Origin: Mobula hypostoma
Lineage: Eukaryota
DNA length: 64,000 bases
Direction of reading: 5' to 3'
Assembly: GCF_963921235.1 (NCBI RefSeq)
Contig: NC_086097.1
Coordinates: 190,280,001-190,344,000 of the forward strand
Shown here: one piece after another, positions 10,831 through 23,650 of the stretch
How the letters are laid out: the number at the start of each line of letters is the position of its first letter
How positions within the stretch are numbered: position 1 is the first letter of the stretch
Notes under the pieces: model-generated
Seen by the model: only the letters and a program-made list of their open reading frames with translations
The model's database searches: none
Told to the model about the DNA's origin: nothing
Program-made: the position numbers and the translations under genes

Positions 10831-12673
10831 GCAGCAATATTTCCTAAGATTAGATTCAGTTATGCCCTTTCTTTAGTATATTCATAAATTTTTGCACATT
10901 CCTTCACGATAAGAAGTTCTGTTTATACAGAAGTGACAACATGCTGAATCAAAACTTGCTGCCACGACCTCATTTCACACATTCCTGATTTCCACTTACC
11001 CTGAACCTGCATTTACTAGTCTGAATGAGAGGACCTGACCAGCATTCTGGACTCCACCAGTGAGCCCTAAATGATACATAGTTCCACCATGGTGTACTGG
11101 AGAACTTCTGTTCCCAAAATGTTCTCAGAAGTCTTTATTGGCTGATAAACCCCTAACCTAGTTTTACAAGCTGCAAAAACTGAGAGGAAGATTTAGTAAT
11201 TAAAACAAATAAATTCTGACATGCAGAGACATTTAAAAAGCTATAAAACTCCTAAAATACAGACAATGAAAAACATTAAACTCATCTGATTTTTCCCCCT
11301 TTTGCTTTATATCCATACTTACATTCATCTAGATGGCAGGAGTAACTATTACTATCTTGATGCTGGGTATACAAGTGAGATTAAATCTACCTGAAGTGGG
11401 TGTCAATCACCATTCTCACACATGCCTTTTCCAAAATGGGAATTGAGAGCAGCTGCAGTATCAATTGCTGTCTGGCTCAGAGCAGTTAACTTTGTGTTGA
11501 ACAGTGTTGTGTTCCTCATCACATTGACAACCTAAGCCATTAATACAGGGGATTTTAATTTAGGTCATTATCAGGAAAAGTAGGAATTGACATAATATTT
11601 TAAGTGCTCCTCATCTTAAAAAGCTCCTTAAATCCTTTTAAGTCCCTGTCCTACACTGACATAACTTTAGCTTTCAAAATCACATGTGACTTTTTAGGTC
11701 AATTTTATTTGCTGTTTATATAGAACTGGACTGTATTCTTCCAACATATGGCAGGTATATCATTCACTGATAAATTATGCATAATTTATGTCTATTTTAA
11801 TAGCTTTGAATCAGCAAATGCTCCTAAAATTATATGTAAGATGAATCACCCAGCAAAAATTCTGCCTTTTAGATACAATCTGAGTGTCAAGAAAAAGAAA
11901 ATTACCCTTGAACAAAGTCATTTCTTTTTACAATTATGCAGTCACTCTGAATCACTCTGATAATATACAAATTTCATGTGCAACTAAAAATGCACATGAC
12001 ACAAATAAAAGTAATGGTGGTTGTTAGCATTTGATTGATTAAATGTGACCTTTCCATTATCTCCGGAGCAGTGTAAACTTTGAATAGGAAAATTGTAAGT
12101 GCTTTATGAAATTGTATAGTGATCACTGATACTATTTTCGCTATATTTCCTTTCTTCACAAGGTACTGCTCTGACATTTTTCAGGTATCATGTACCCTTC
12201 AGATTCGCAGTGAGTATATATTCTTCATGGTGAGCATGGTATAAACAATTGAACAACAAATGGGAGAAGCTAGAAGTAAAGAGAAGTCTAAAACAACAGC
12301 AAACTCCTCAGACAGAAGCACTAAATGGCTGATCCATCTCAGCTCCCTTCCAAGGCTTCCACTATCACAAAGTCTATTCTGCTGCTAATTCAATTCACTC
12401 CATATGAAATTAAGAAAGAACGAAACCACTTTTTACAGCAAAATAATGGTACTAGCAATATCTATGTAGTGTCTTAGATCTGTTCTCTTTATCTAACCAC
12501 ATCCCTAGTCAAATTATTCCAGCATGTCTGTGATACTGACATCCACGCAATGATGCAGAAAGCTGTCTGGATATGTCATCATCACAAAATACAGAGCAAT
12601 TCAATTAAGCCAATTACTGCTCTAACTTCCAACCATCAATGAAGAGACGGGACCTATGGCTGACAGTGAAGTT

Positions 12674-12716
12674 ATATATATATATAGATATGTGTGTGTG
12701 TATATATATATATATA
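12674..12716. repeat. (TA)n/(TG)n compound microsatellite
   Basis: tatatatatatatagatatgtgtgtgtgtatatatatatatata. Confidence 0.9.
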
Positions 12717-12859
12717 GTGATTTTTTTAATATAGTGCTTTTTTAAAATCTTATTGCGTTTTTATTTGTGCTGCTTCGGATCTGGAGTAATGATTATTTTG
12801 TTCTGCTTTGCACGTGTATACTAGAAATGACAAGCAATCTTGACATTATCAAGCAGTAG

Positions 12860-13445
12860 TTACTGATTCTTAACCTGTTCAATGATGCACAGTTTGAGCT
12901 TCATCAGTACCACTCAGATCCAGACCCTATTACAGCTTTGGAGCAAAGGTGGACAAAATAATTTAATTCCGAAGGTGATTGTCTTGAACAATATGGCAGC
13001 ATTTGTTTATGAGTTCCTAATTCACTGGGATTTGGAAGCCTCTCCATCTGATAGTGTCAGCTCTTGAGCAAAGGAATGAATACTGGAGGACCATTATCCC
13101 AGTTGCAAGATATTGTAACCTGGATTCTTCAAGGTTGATGGGCAATCATCTTCAGCTGCCGGATCAATGCTCTTCCTTCCTTGATGGTTTCAGCATGGTC
13201 AAATAACTGGAAAGATGTACCCACCATACAGCTGCCAGGCATTGGCCAATTACATCAACAAAGACTCTAACTACCTGTACCAGTTAATAGCACAACTAAC
13301 ACACTCAACACATTCCAACACACCCTGCAGTTACTCAATTGCAACATAAAGAGCAGATTAATGATTCTTACATTTTCTAAAGAAATCAGGCATGGATAAA
13401 AAATGCTGACCTTTTCAGCAATGCCCCCACACAGTAAATAAAGAA
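12860..13445 (+). mobile_element. Ancient LINE fragment with a 3' tail shared with the SINE at 19290-19640
   Basis: cttcagctgccggatcaatgctcttccttcc (degenerate F.C.INDLP). Tail ggataaaaaatgctgaccttttcagcaatgcccccac resembles caataaatttaggtattgccaataatgtccat. Confidence 0.4.
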
Positions 13446-14611
13446 AATATCAAGAAAATGCAACAGTATGGTATATTTTTAAATGCTATCATCTAACAGT
13501 TCCGAAATTCTAATTTTTCAGCCTTTCAACCAGCTGAATTCTTAGAGATAGTTATGACATGAAAAAGCTGAAAGAGGAGAGTGATTGATGTGATGTTTGG
13601 ATGCTATTTAATTGCGAGAAATCACTCAATTGTAATACATGTCAGGACTTCCCTTTACAGAAATATTTTATATTTGGTGAACAATGTTACAGAGAGTCTG
13701 AAGAAAAACAACCACTCATTTCCTCACAAGGTTAAATGTTTATCACATAAAACAGCATGGGATAACAGAAGAGCCCACTGGATGTTATAAACTGATTTTT
13801 AGGAGGTATTTTCACCACTGCATTGCAGTGTGGAGAAAATAAGTTTCAAGAATTCACATATCCCACATGCTGAGTTTAGCTAGCCATTCCAGCACGGATG
13901 TGATGAATGATGTAATGCAGTATTTGAAAGACCATTTGGAGTGCTTGATTTACTACTGCTTTCAAAAATAACCATGAATAGCAACTCAAGGAACCAATAC
14001 AACATCCAATTTAATCTTTCTAGGGGATTTAAAGAACTGGATTTTTTACATTTATTCTCCAGCTGACTACTGATGCCCCATGTCCTGTGCTCATTATCAA
14101 TGGAATAGCAGGAGTGCTTTCCAGTGTGGCTGGATTTCAGAATGCAGAAGTGTTTGGGCAATTCCAAAGCCTTTTTTAGTAGTTTGCCTAGATTGTACTC
14201 TAGGGATTATGAGATAAAGCCAGATACTGCTGAATTCATCTCAGGACTTAATAACTCAAGACTCTCTTCCAAGAGAGCTGATGTTCTGGTCTTCAGGTAA
14301 CACTTGGAAGAAGTGCCAGAATAAACAACAGAGAGGAAAAAAATGTTGTAAAGACACAAGCAGCATACCTGGGTAGGGAAATGAGTAATGTTGTAAAAAT
14401 AAATATCAGAGAGGATGCAGAGAATGAAGGCTTGATGCTTGCTTAGATTTGAAGTGGTTGGGAAAAGCATTGCGTGGTTCTTGTGCCCTGGCATTATTTT
14501 TTATATGAAATCACCAGATGTAGACGACAATAGTTGCACTTTGAAGAAACTTCATATCAGTTGAAACGACATGAGTTATTTGGGGTAAGACAACAAATAA
14601 GTGTTTGTTTT

Positions 14612-14662
14612 CCAAAGACGCTGCCTAGCTGGCTGAGTTCCTCCAGCATTTTGTGTGTGTTG
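14612..14662. mobile_element. Single arm of the palindromic Penelope-type element
   Basis: gacgctgcctagctggctgagttcctccagcattttgtgtgtgttg. Flanked by imperfect 18-bp direct repeats at 14594-14611 and 14663-14680. Confidence 0.75.
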
Positions 14663-15689
14663 CAAATAAATATTTGTTTTGCCATTCATGGGGATATTTC
14701 AATCTCTCTCTGCAGTCACACAACAGTCCTCTACAGCAAATCTTCAACATCGTCTGGGGTTTCCACCAATAGCCCTTGGATAGGGACACAATGCTGAGGT
14801 TAATACATGTTATTACAATGTTTGTCATGTGCTCCATGTATATTGTAATCCAACTCTGCATCTTTATAATTCAACAGTTCTGGTTTGAATCTACGGCAGT
14901 CTTCAACACTCATCTACAGGGTTTATGCTGTGGTGTGCCAAACCATGAGATATGTTGTTGTTTCTTGTCTTTTAGCAGTTACCCTGCTACTTGACCTTGA
15001 AATAAACAAAAGAAAGCAAGTCTACAGAGTATAAATGTGCTCTGGCAGTTCCCAGCTTGACGTACATTAACAGAGATGAATTTGCCTCGATGATCACACA
15101 GTAACTATAGCTCAGGGAGTGAAAGTTTATTTAACTCACATAATTACGGAGTTCACATTTGGGGCATGAATTTCCGTGAGTGCAGTTGTTTACTCCAAAA
15201 GACCTGTTAATCCCAAGATGCCATGGAAGTTTGTGGCCCACTCATTCATCTGCTTGTAACCGGTGTCAAATTGAATGAGTATAGCCAGTCTATCAAGGCA
15301 CCATTTGTCATGTTTGATGTAAGTAAAGACAGTGCTTTTGACACCTGATCAAAAAGCTCCTCCAACATGACCTTGTGAGAGCTGCCCAGGCTGCTGGTAA
15401 AATAAAATTTATAAAGTTTGGGATGCTCGACCACTGTCAGATTAATCTAGCTGTAGTCAGGTAAGATTATTCATAGTTTAAACTGCAAGGATTGCTTTTA
15501 AATTGGGGTGAGAGAACCAAAATAAGTAGTGCACCTGAAAACATAAAGTAAGTGAGGGACCATCAATTTTAATGTATCATAACTTTTTCCTGCCCCTTAA
15601 GAATGCTAGCTGTGAGGGTATGTGCGCTGCAACAAGATCTCTTGCTCAGTGCCAGTAAAACTAAAAAGCAGATTAACCTCAGGAAGGGT

Positions 15690-16862
15690 AAGAAGGGTGA
15701 ACATCGAGCAGTTTGCTGGAAGATCTACAGTGGAGAAAGTCAGCTGTTTTAACTTCTGGGTTTTAGCACATCAGATGATCAGTGCTGGGCTTAGCACAAG
15801 GAAGGTGGGCTGGCATCTTTACTTTCTTATAAGGTTAAGGAAGTTCAGCAAGTCACCAAACACTCTACCAAGCTTCTACATTTGTACTGTAGAAAGTATC
15901 TACAGTATGGTCTGGTAGAGCAATTCAAATGCAAAAGAATGTTAAGAGCAGCTGAGAGTAATGGATTCAGCCCAATGCATCATGAGCACATCCTTTCCAA
16001 CCATCTGTCGTATCTACATGACGGGTTGCATCAGGAAGAATAGGTTGAGTGAACTCAGCCTTTTCTCCTTGGAGCAACGGAGGATGAGAGGTGGCCTGAT
16101 AGAGGTGTATAAGATGATGAGAGGCATTGATCATATGGATAGTCAGAGGCTTTTTCTCAGGGATGAAATGGCTAACATGAGAGGGCACAGTTTTAAGTGC
16201 TTGGAAGTAGGTGCAGAGAAGATGTCAGGGTTAAGTTTTTCACGTAGAGAGTGGTGAGTGCGTGGAATGGGCCACCGGCGATGGTGGTGAAGGCGGATAC
16301 AATAGGGTCTTTTAAGACACCCCTGGATAGGTACATGGAGCTTAGTAAAATAGAGGGCTATAGGTAAGACTAGTAATTTCTAAGGTACGGACATGTTCAG
16401 CACAACTTTGTGGACCAAAGGGCCTGTATTGTGCTGTAGGTTTTCTATGTTTTATGTTCTATGAAAGCAACATCCATTAAAAAATTTCCCCACATCCAGG
16501 TCATGCTATCTTCTCACAGCTACCATTGTGCAGCAGGTGTAGAAACCTTAAGTCCCAAACCATGGGTTCAAAAACAGCTGCTTCTCTTCAACCATTTGCT
16601 TCTTGAACCAATCTGCACAACTCTAATCACCACCTCAATAAAGCAAAACTTGGACCATTTTGACCATTTTGCACAAAAATGGATTTTTTAAAAAATTCTA
16701 ATTATGTTCTTTCTTGTAAAGGTTGTGTATAATTTATGTATAATTTATATCTTTTCTCTAGTGAAAACTGCTTATCTGATACTATGTGGCCACAATGCTG
16801 CTGCAAATAAGTTCAGCACGCTTGTGCTTATGACAATAAACTCAACCTTGACTTTGACTTTA
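15690..16862 (+). mobile_element. Rex1/Babar-like LINE 3' fragment, interrupted by CR1 at 16037-16462
   Basis: HLYFLIRLRKF...FYICTVESI motif, acaataaa poly(A)-like signal and (ttgact)n tail. Confidence 0.75.
16037..16462 (+). mobile_element. CR1 3' end fragment (family B)
   Basis: NRLSELSLFSLEQRRMRGGLIEVYKMMRGID; tail gtaggttttctatgttttatgttctatg. Confidence 0.9.
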
Positions 16863-17143
16863 AACGCCAAAGCTAACTTGTCACGGTGTTACCAATGACA
16901 TCATTAAACCACACATTTGGATTCTTATTGTCACTACGTCAATATTCAGCAGGAGCCATGAACAATTTCAATGTTAGTAATGATGTATGCGAGCCAATAA
17001 GGAGCAAGAGGTCTCAGACATATTTAACCTTTCCCAATCATTGATCCTGAAAGCTGGTAAGGGTATCTTAAAATTAATCTGACTGAATAGATTCCAAAAA
17101 TAAACAAGGGAAGTTCTTCAAAAAGAATATTCAACTCACTCAG

Positions 17144-17331
17144 GCAACTCACTCAAAATGCTGGAGAAACTGAGCATCTATGGAAGAGAGTAGACAGGTG
17201 AAATTTCAGGCCTGGAACATCGACTGTTAACTCTTTTCCATAGATGCCGCCTGGCCTGCTGAGGTCCTCCAGCATGTTATGTGTGTTGCTTCGATTTCCA
17301 GCATCTGCAGGTTTTCTTTTGTTTGTGATTG
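17144..17331. mobile_element. Palindromic Penelope-type short element with 11-bp TSD
   Basis: Short left arm and long right arm ending ttccagcatctgcagg. aactcactcag at 17133-17143 and 17332-17342. Confidence 0.8.
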
Positions 17332-17379
17332 AACTCACTCAGCTGGCTTAAAGTTGAGTCCTTCATCATCGAACTTTAA

Positions 17380-17615
17380 AACAGAATGATCTGGAAAGAC
17401 TCAGCTGGTCAAACTGCATCTGTCAAAAGACGAACAGCTACAGTATTACTTCAGATTGATGAAGTTACATCAGAACTGAAATGGCGAAACTGTTCTTATA
17501 AAAAAGGTAATTAACTTGAAACTTCTGTTCTCCACAGATGCTGCCTCAGCCATTGAATATTTTGAGCATTTTTATGTTTGTTTTGCTTAAGATCTCATGC
17601 ATCTTCATTGTTTTA
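17380..17615. mobile_element. Older degenerate palindromic element of the same type
   Basis: ctggaaagactcagctggtcaaactgcatctgt ... acagatgctgcctcagccattgaatattttgagcatt. Confidence 0.5.
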
Positions 17616-17733
17616 CTTTCAAAGATTGCGTCCTGTGTTAGAATATTTATAATATTTCTATATTTGTAATTTGTATATGTTTTGCTGGTTGATTTTTGCA
17701 GTTTTGGCTATTTTGTATATCACAGGGGATAGA

Positions 17734-18272
17734 CAGCCAGTGACCTCTTTATTGTGTATCTCCTGAGTGCACGTTCATGTTCTGTTGCAGCTGCAGCCCA
17801 TCCATTTCAATGTTCGATGTGTTTTGCATTCAAAGATGCTCTTCTGCATGCCACTGATGTAACACGTGGTTATTTGAATTACTGTTACCTTCATTGCACG
17901 ACTTTGGCCGGTATCCTCTGCTCTGAGCTCTCTCATTAATAAGAGATTTTCGCTCACAGTACAGCTGCTCACTGGACTTTTTTTCTTGCACCATTCTCTG
18001 TAAATTCTATAGACTGTTGTGTGTGAGTAGTAGTAGCTCAGCAGTTTCTGAGGCACTCAAACCACCCTGTCTAGCACCAAAATTCATTCCATAGTCAAAG
18101 TCACTTAGATCACATTTTTTCAGCATTCCGAAGTTTGGTTTGAACAATAACTGAACCTCCTGATGCATGTCTGCACGCTTTTATGCATGTGTTGCTGCCA
18201 CATGATTGACTAATTAGATATTTGCATTAATGAGCAGGTGTACAGGTGTACCTAATAATGTGACCACGGAAG
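17734..18272 (-). mobile_element. Internally deleted Tc1-like DNA transposon
   Basis: Degenerate TIRs (cagtgacctctttattgtgtatc / gtacctaataatgtgaccac). Minus-strand transposase HTH remnant GMQKSIFECKTHRTLKWMG. Confidence 0.75.
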
Positions 18273-18610
18273 ATAAATGTAACTGTTGTCATGTAGTCAT
18301 TAGCATTAACAAATAGTAATATATACTGTGCATGCTCTTTCCTGAACTGCTGATTTCAAAAGATACTTGTATTTAGAACGTCTAAAAGTCAAACTGATGA
18401 ACATTTAGACATAACAATAATCAATTATAACTCATGAGGAAATTAAATGTGGCATCTTTGGAACTGAGTAGAATATCATTTGCAGATCACAGACCCGAAT
18501 CAATTTAGTTTGTAACAGAGCAAATAACCTATCCGAATGGACAGAACTCAGTAATTGGTGATGGTCATATTTTACAAAAAATCCACAAGTTGGTGCTTTG
18601 GTTTTATATA

Positions 18611-18954
18611 CGAGGGGTGATTGATAAGTTTGTGGCCTAAGGTGGAAGGAGTCAATTTTAGAAAACCTATCACATTTATTTTTCAACATAGTCCCCTCCT
18701 ACATTTACACACTTAGTCCAGCAGTCGTGCAGCCTACAGATCCTTTCTTTATGGAAGTCGGAGTCTTGGACCTCCAGAAAGTGGTCCACAGCAGGGATAA
18801 TTGATAAGTTTGTGACCTAAGGTGGAAGGAGATGAGTTATACAGCTCTAGCTACATGCACGTGCAATTCAACTCTTTGAGTAATTATGCAGAAAGTTTGA
18901 AGTTAATAACTCATTCCTTCTACCTTAGGCCACGAACTTATCAATCGCCCCTCG
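18611..18954. mobile_element. Mariner-type MITE
   Basis: TA|cgaggggtgattgataagtttgtggcctaaggtggaagga ... tccttctaccttaggccacgaacttatcaatcgcccctcg|TA: ~40-bp TIR and TA TSD. Extra internal TIR copy at ~18795-18830. Confidence 0.92.
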
Positions 18955-19289
18955 TAATTCCATCCAATGCTCGATCTATTCAAACAACCAGATCTAGAAA
19001 TTTGATTGAGTACAGCTGTTCTTCACAGAGCTACATGCATGATAGTAATTTTTTTTCACAGTGGAAACCATTACATTGGTTTCAATGGTGATTCTTGCCA
19101 CTGTGAAAATTTAATCAGGCTGTGGTCATGAATCGTGTTTGCACAGATGATGTGCTTTCCTTGTCAGATGTGCATGTTATGATGTTATTCCCTAGCTAAT
19201 GCTCGTTTGGAGCTTGGCCTGAATTTGCCACATGACCCTGAAGTGCACATCCAGCCTAGCCAGGTTTTAATAGGTTGGTATTTCCATAA

Positions 19290-19640
19290 TGGCTAAATTA
19301 CAGGATTCAGCAGCAGAGTTCTGATTCAGTGACATAAGTTTGAATTTCATCATGGCAATCAGGGAATTTAAATTCAAGTAATGAATCTGGTACTTAAAGA
19401 AAAAATACTAATTTCAGGTACAGTCGCTGCTAAACTACAGAATTGTTATACGATCCCATCTGGTTAATAAATATCCTTAAAGGAAGAAAATCTGCCATCC
19501 TTACCCAGCCTAGTCCATATTTAACTTTGGACTGTCCATCGTGGTTAATATTTAATTACCTTCTCATGTCAAGGGAAATTAGTGACACACAATAAATTTA
19601 GGTATTGCCAATAATGTCCATGATCTGTTTATGAATAAAG
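19290..19640 (+). mobile_element. Old tRNA-derived SINE (shark-type)
   Basis: B-box-like agtttgaatttc; core ggaagaaaatctgccatccttacccagcctagtcc; tail caagggaaattag...caataaat. Confidence 0.55.
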
Positions 19641-19679
19641 TAGTCTTTCAAATTGTTCATTCTTTATTGTGAAATAGAA

Positions 19680-19990
19680 GAAGTCCATTTCATCCTATTG
19701 GGTTATACCTGCTCAGGAAGCAATCCCATTCTCCTGCTAATTTTCCCTGCAAACTAAATTCTTCACATTTCCATTAACTCTCCCAGATTCTTTCTCTCAT
19801 CTGCACAGCAGGCACAAGTTACAGGTGACGAATTAATCTGCCACTCACACATCATGGGGATGTGCAAGGAAACCGGACTGTCTGGGGAAAACCCACATGC
19901 AAATTCCACAGGAACAGCACTTGGGGTCAGGACTGAACCTGAATAGCTGGAGCCACGAGGTAGCGGCTCTAATTGTGCCACTCCCCCCTC
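19680..19990 (-). mobile_element. V-SINE (HE1-like)
   Basis: Minus strand has a tRNA-like head (ggttcagtcc B-box) followed by the V-domain tgtggaatttgcatg-tgggttttccccag..tccggtttccttgcacatccc. Confidence 0.75.
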
Positions 19991-21464
19991 CGTTGCTTTA
20001 TGCATAAATGTGTGGTTTTGATCCAAACGTCTGGAAATTGCTGAAACTTTTGCAAACTGTATGTTATGCAGGAACCTGAACACAGAATTATCTTCCCAAG
20101 AAGAACTTTTGGCATCACAAATTTTAAAGATTTCATATTTGATGATGTGATCCCAGATGCAATCAGTGAAAAAATCGGTGACTGTGAAGAAAATTCATGA
20201 TTGATACCTACATTGTTATTTAAGCCAGTTCATTGTCAGATTAACAATAGTTAAATGAATCAAATATGTAGAAGTAAAATAATTCCCAAATGCATCCTGG
20301 AATAAAAAAAATAATCACTTATTTTAGATCAGATTATACTTCGCGTTATTAAATAACAATTCTCAGTTGATGGTTTCTCCCGTTATTATTAAGTCACTGT
20401 AGGGAACTTCTTTTCAGCAAAAAGGAAACTTTAAGCCAATGTTAAGGCAACCTTGCCAATTTCTAAATTTGAACCATATAAGTCAGTCAGCACTCCTGTT
20501 TTGGTGCTCCTCACTGAAAAGCAAATAAAATAGGGAAATGTTCCCTGCCCAATGCTAGACTTACAACTACTTCAAAAAAAAAATCAGAAATAGCAGCAGG
20601 GTAAATAAAGCAAACAAAAGCAACCTTAATAATCATGAGATATAGGTACAGCAAGAGACCATTCAGTTGCTGACAACGACTCCATCTATTAACAAAGGAT
20701 TATTTCTTCACTACAGATTTCCTGCATTAGCCCCATCTCCTTCAGTTTCTCTAACATCTAACAATCAAGAAAATAATTAGAAGAAAAAGGGGAAAAGAGA
20801 AAGATAACAATTCAATGATACAATATCTATATCCTAGACATAGATAATAAAAATCTTGCCGCCATTGAAGAGCAAATAAAATTATATAACTCTCTAGTAA
20901 TAAGAGACTCTGTAGAGGCATGAAGATTCATATTAGCAAATCAAGAATATATCTACATGCCTTGTTCTATTGCATCAGTAAAGCGTCTTTTTTTTTAACC
21001 TTGTGGCAGACATGGAATACTTCTGTAAATTTGTTGCCTAGTGTGAACCACATTTAGACTGTAGCAAAGCCACATAAACTGCTCTTCCGGTTTAGACTAC
21101 TCATAATCAATGCCACAAGCAATCTACTTCTGTGTTGAAAAGGAACAAAAGAATTGGAGGTGATAGCTCCAGTTTCCTGCAGTGAATTATACACCAACAA
21201 CTGTATTAAATACAGAATAATAAAAGAACATTTGACTCCTTAAGCAGATTCTTCTCAAGGTTAGGAACCCATCACACACTTTTGATCTCTTAAGTGTCTG
21301 ATATAAGTAATTTCAGTTTGCATTGATAATCTAATATGTCATCACTTATAGTCGCCAATTCCATTAGCTCTTCTGCACTTAATGTATTTCTTCTCTCCTT
21401 CCTGAAACTTTTAGCACAGGTAGAGTTCTACCCTACAAAATAGTAAATCAGTTTATTGTAAAGC

Positions 21465-21775
21465 CATAAGACAATAAGACATAGAATTAGAACTGTGGCA
21501 TTTGGCCCATCGAGTCTGCTCCACTATTGTATCATGGCTGATGTATAATCCCCACAACCACATTCTCCTACCTTCATCATATAAACTTTGACACCATTAA
21601 TAGTCAAGAACCTATCAAGCTCTGCTTTAAAAATGCATACTGGCTTGGCCTCCATTGCTATCCATGGCAATGAATTCCACAGATTAACCACCTTCTGGTG
21701 AACTAAGTTCCTTCTCATCTCTAATCTAAAGGGATGACTTTGTGTTCTGATGCTATATTTTCTGATCGTAGACTC
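21465..21775 (-). mobile_element. CR1 3' fragment
   Basis: QKVVNLWNSLP...IFKAELDRFL; (tcttat)n-type tail. Confidence 0.8.
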
Positions 21776-23349
21776 AAGGAGTTGGTACTAGTTTCTAGTA
21801 AGAACTTTTTTCTGCTAGTGCAGTGAGAATGGATTCGGAGTTAGAGATATGTTCTTTGTGTGAGATGTGAGAACTCTGGGAGACCTCCAGTCTCCCTGAT
21901 AACTATATCTGCATGAAGTGAAACAAGCTCCAGTTCTTCACAGATCATGTTAAGGAACTGGAGCCGCATCTTCATAATATGGGAGAATGAGGAGGTGATA
22001 GATAGGAGCTACAAGGAGGTAGTCACCCCGAAGTTGCAGGAGGCAAGTACATTGGTGACTGTCGGGGGAGGGAAAGGGAGTAGGGAACCAGTGCAGAGTA
22101 CACCTGTGCCCATTCCACTCAATAATAACCATAGCACATTAGATACTGTTGGGGGGGTGCTACCAGGGAGAAACCGCAGCAAGCAGGTCTCTGGCACTGA
22201 TTCTGGCTCTGTGGCTCAGAAGAGAAGGGGGAGAAGGGGCAAGCTTATTGATAGGGGATTCAGTTGGCTGGGGGAACAGAAAGGAGGTTCTGTACACGAG
22301 GGCAAGATTCCTGGATGAGTTGTTGCCTCCTGGATGCTAGGGTCAGGGACATCTTGGATCGAGTCCACAGCTTTCTTAAGTGGGAGGCTGAGCAGTCAGA
22401 GGTCATAGTCCACATTGGTACCAATGAAACGGGTAGGATGAGTGATGAGGTGCTGTAAATTGCGTCAAGGGAGGTACTAAATTGAAGGACAGAACCTGCA
22501 CCGTCGTGTTCTCAGGATTGATTGTTTAACACATGGCTAAGGAATTAATGCAGGAAGGAGGGCTTCTGATTTTTGGATCATTGGGCTCTTTTCCAGAAGG
22601 GAAGGTTTTCACGTGAACTGGATGAGGACTAATATCCTCGCTGGAAGGCTTGCTAGTGCTGCACCGGTATTTAAACTACAGTTGTCATGAATGAGAACCA
22701 GAGTGCCAGAACAGATTAGTTTTGAATTAGTTTTGGATTAGTTTTGCAGAAAGATCTTCATATCTTCATAAGCCTACATGCAGTGTCAGTAATCAAAAGG
22801 TTGAATATGGTGGGATTTATGTTTTAAGCTGTGCATATTTAATTGCAATGAGTATTGTGAGAAAGAATGATGCACTTAGGTCATAGATCAGCATATGTAA
22901 TTATGACATTGTAGCCATTAGAGAGACTTAGTTGCAAGGGGGGCAGTTCTAGCAACTCAATGTTCCAGAGTTCTGCTGTTTATACATGGTAGAGCAGGAA
23001 GAATTAAAGGGGAGGGGTGGTGTTACCAGCCAGGGAAAATGTCACAGCAGTGCTCAGTCAGCAAGGATGGGAGAGCCCATTTCATGAGGTCTTATGGGTA
23101 GAACTGAAGAATAAGACAGGTATGATCATGTTAATGGGATTACATTACAGACCACACACAATCCGAAGAATTTAGAGGAAAAAAATTGTAGCGAGATCAC
23201 AAGAAACATATGGTTATTATAGTAGGTGGTTTTAACCTTCCACATATTGACTGGGGCTTCCCAAACAGCAAAAGGGCTGAATGGGAAAGAATTTGTCAGC
23301 TGTGTTCAGGAAAGTTTTCCTAATCCAACAAATCCAGCAAAATCCAACA

Positions 23350-23650
23350 AACATAGAAACATAGAAACATAGAAAACATACAGCACAATACAGGCCTTTC
23401 AGCCCACAAAGCTGTGCCAAACATGTTCTTACCTTAGAACTACCTAGGCTTTACCCATAGCCCTCTATTTTTCTAAGCTCCATGTAGCCATCCAGGAGTC
23501 TCTTAAAAAACCCTATCGTTTCCGCCTCCACCACCACCACCTGCAGCCCATTCCACACACTCACCACTCTCTGCGTAAAAAACTTACCCCTGACATCTCC
23601 TCTGTACCTACTTCCAAGCACCTTAAAACTATGCCCACTCATGCTAGCCA
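23350..23650 (-). mobile_element. CR1 3' end fragment (family B)
   Basis: FFTQRVVSVWNGL...LLDGYMELRKIEGYG; (tttctatg)n tail. Confidence 0.9.

Noticed and set aside
13915..14070. Harbinger transposase remnant (VFERPFGVL)
   Set aside because: Single short motif resemblance with no flanking DDE motifs or TIRs.
19930..19990. tRNA gene
   Set aside because: Only a degenerate tRNA-derived SINE head; no cloverleaf can be formed.
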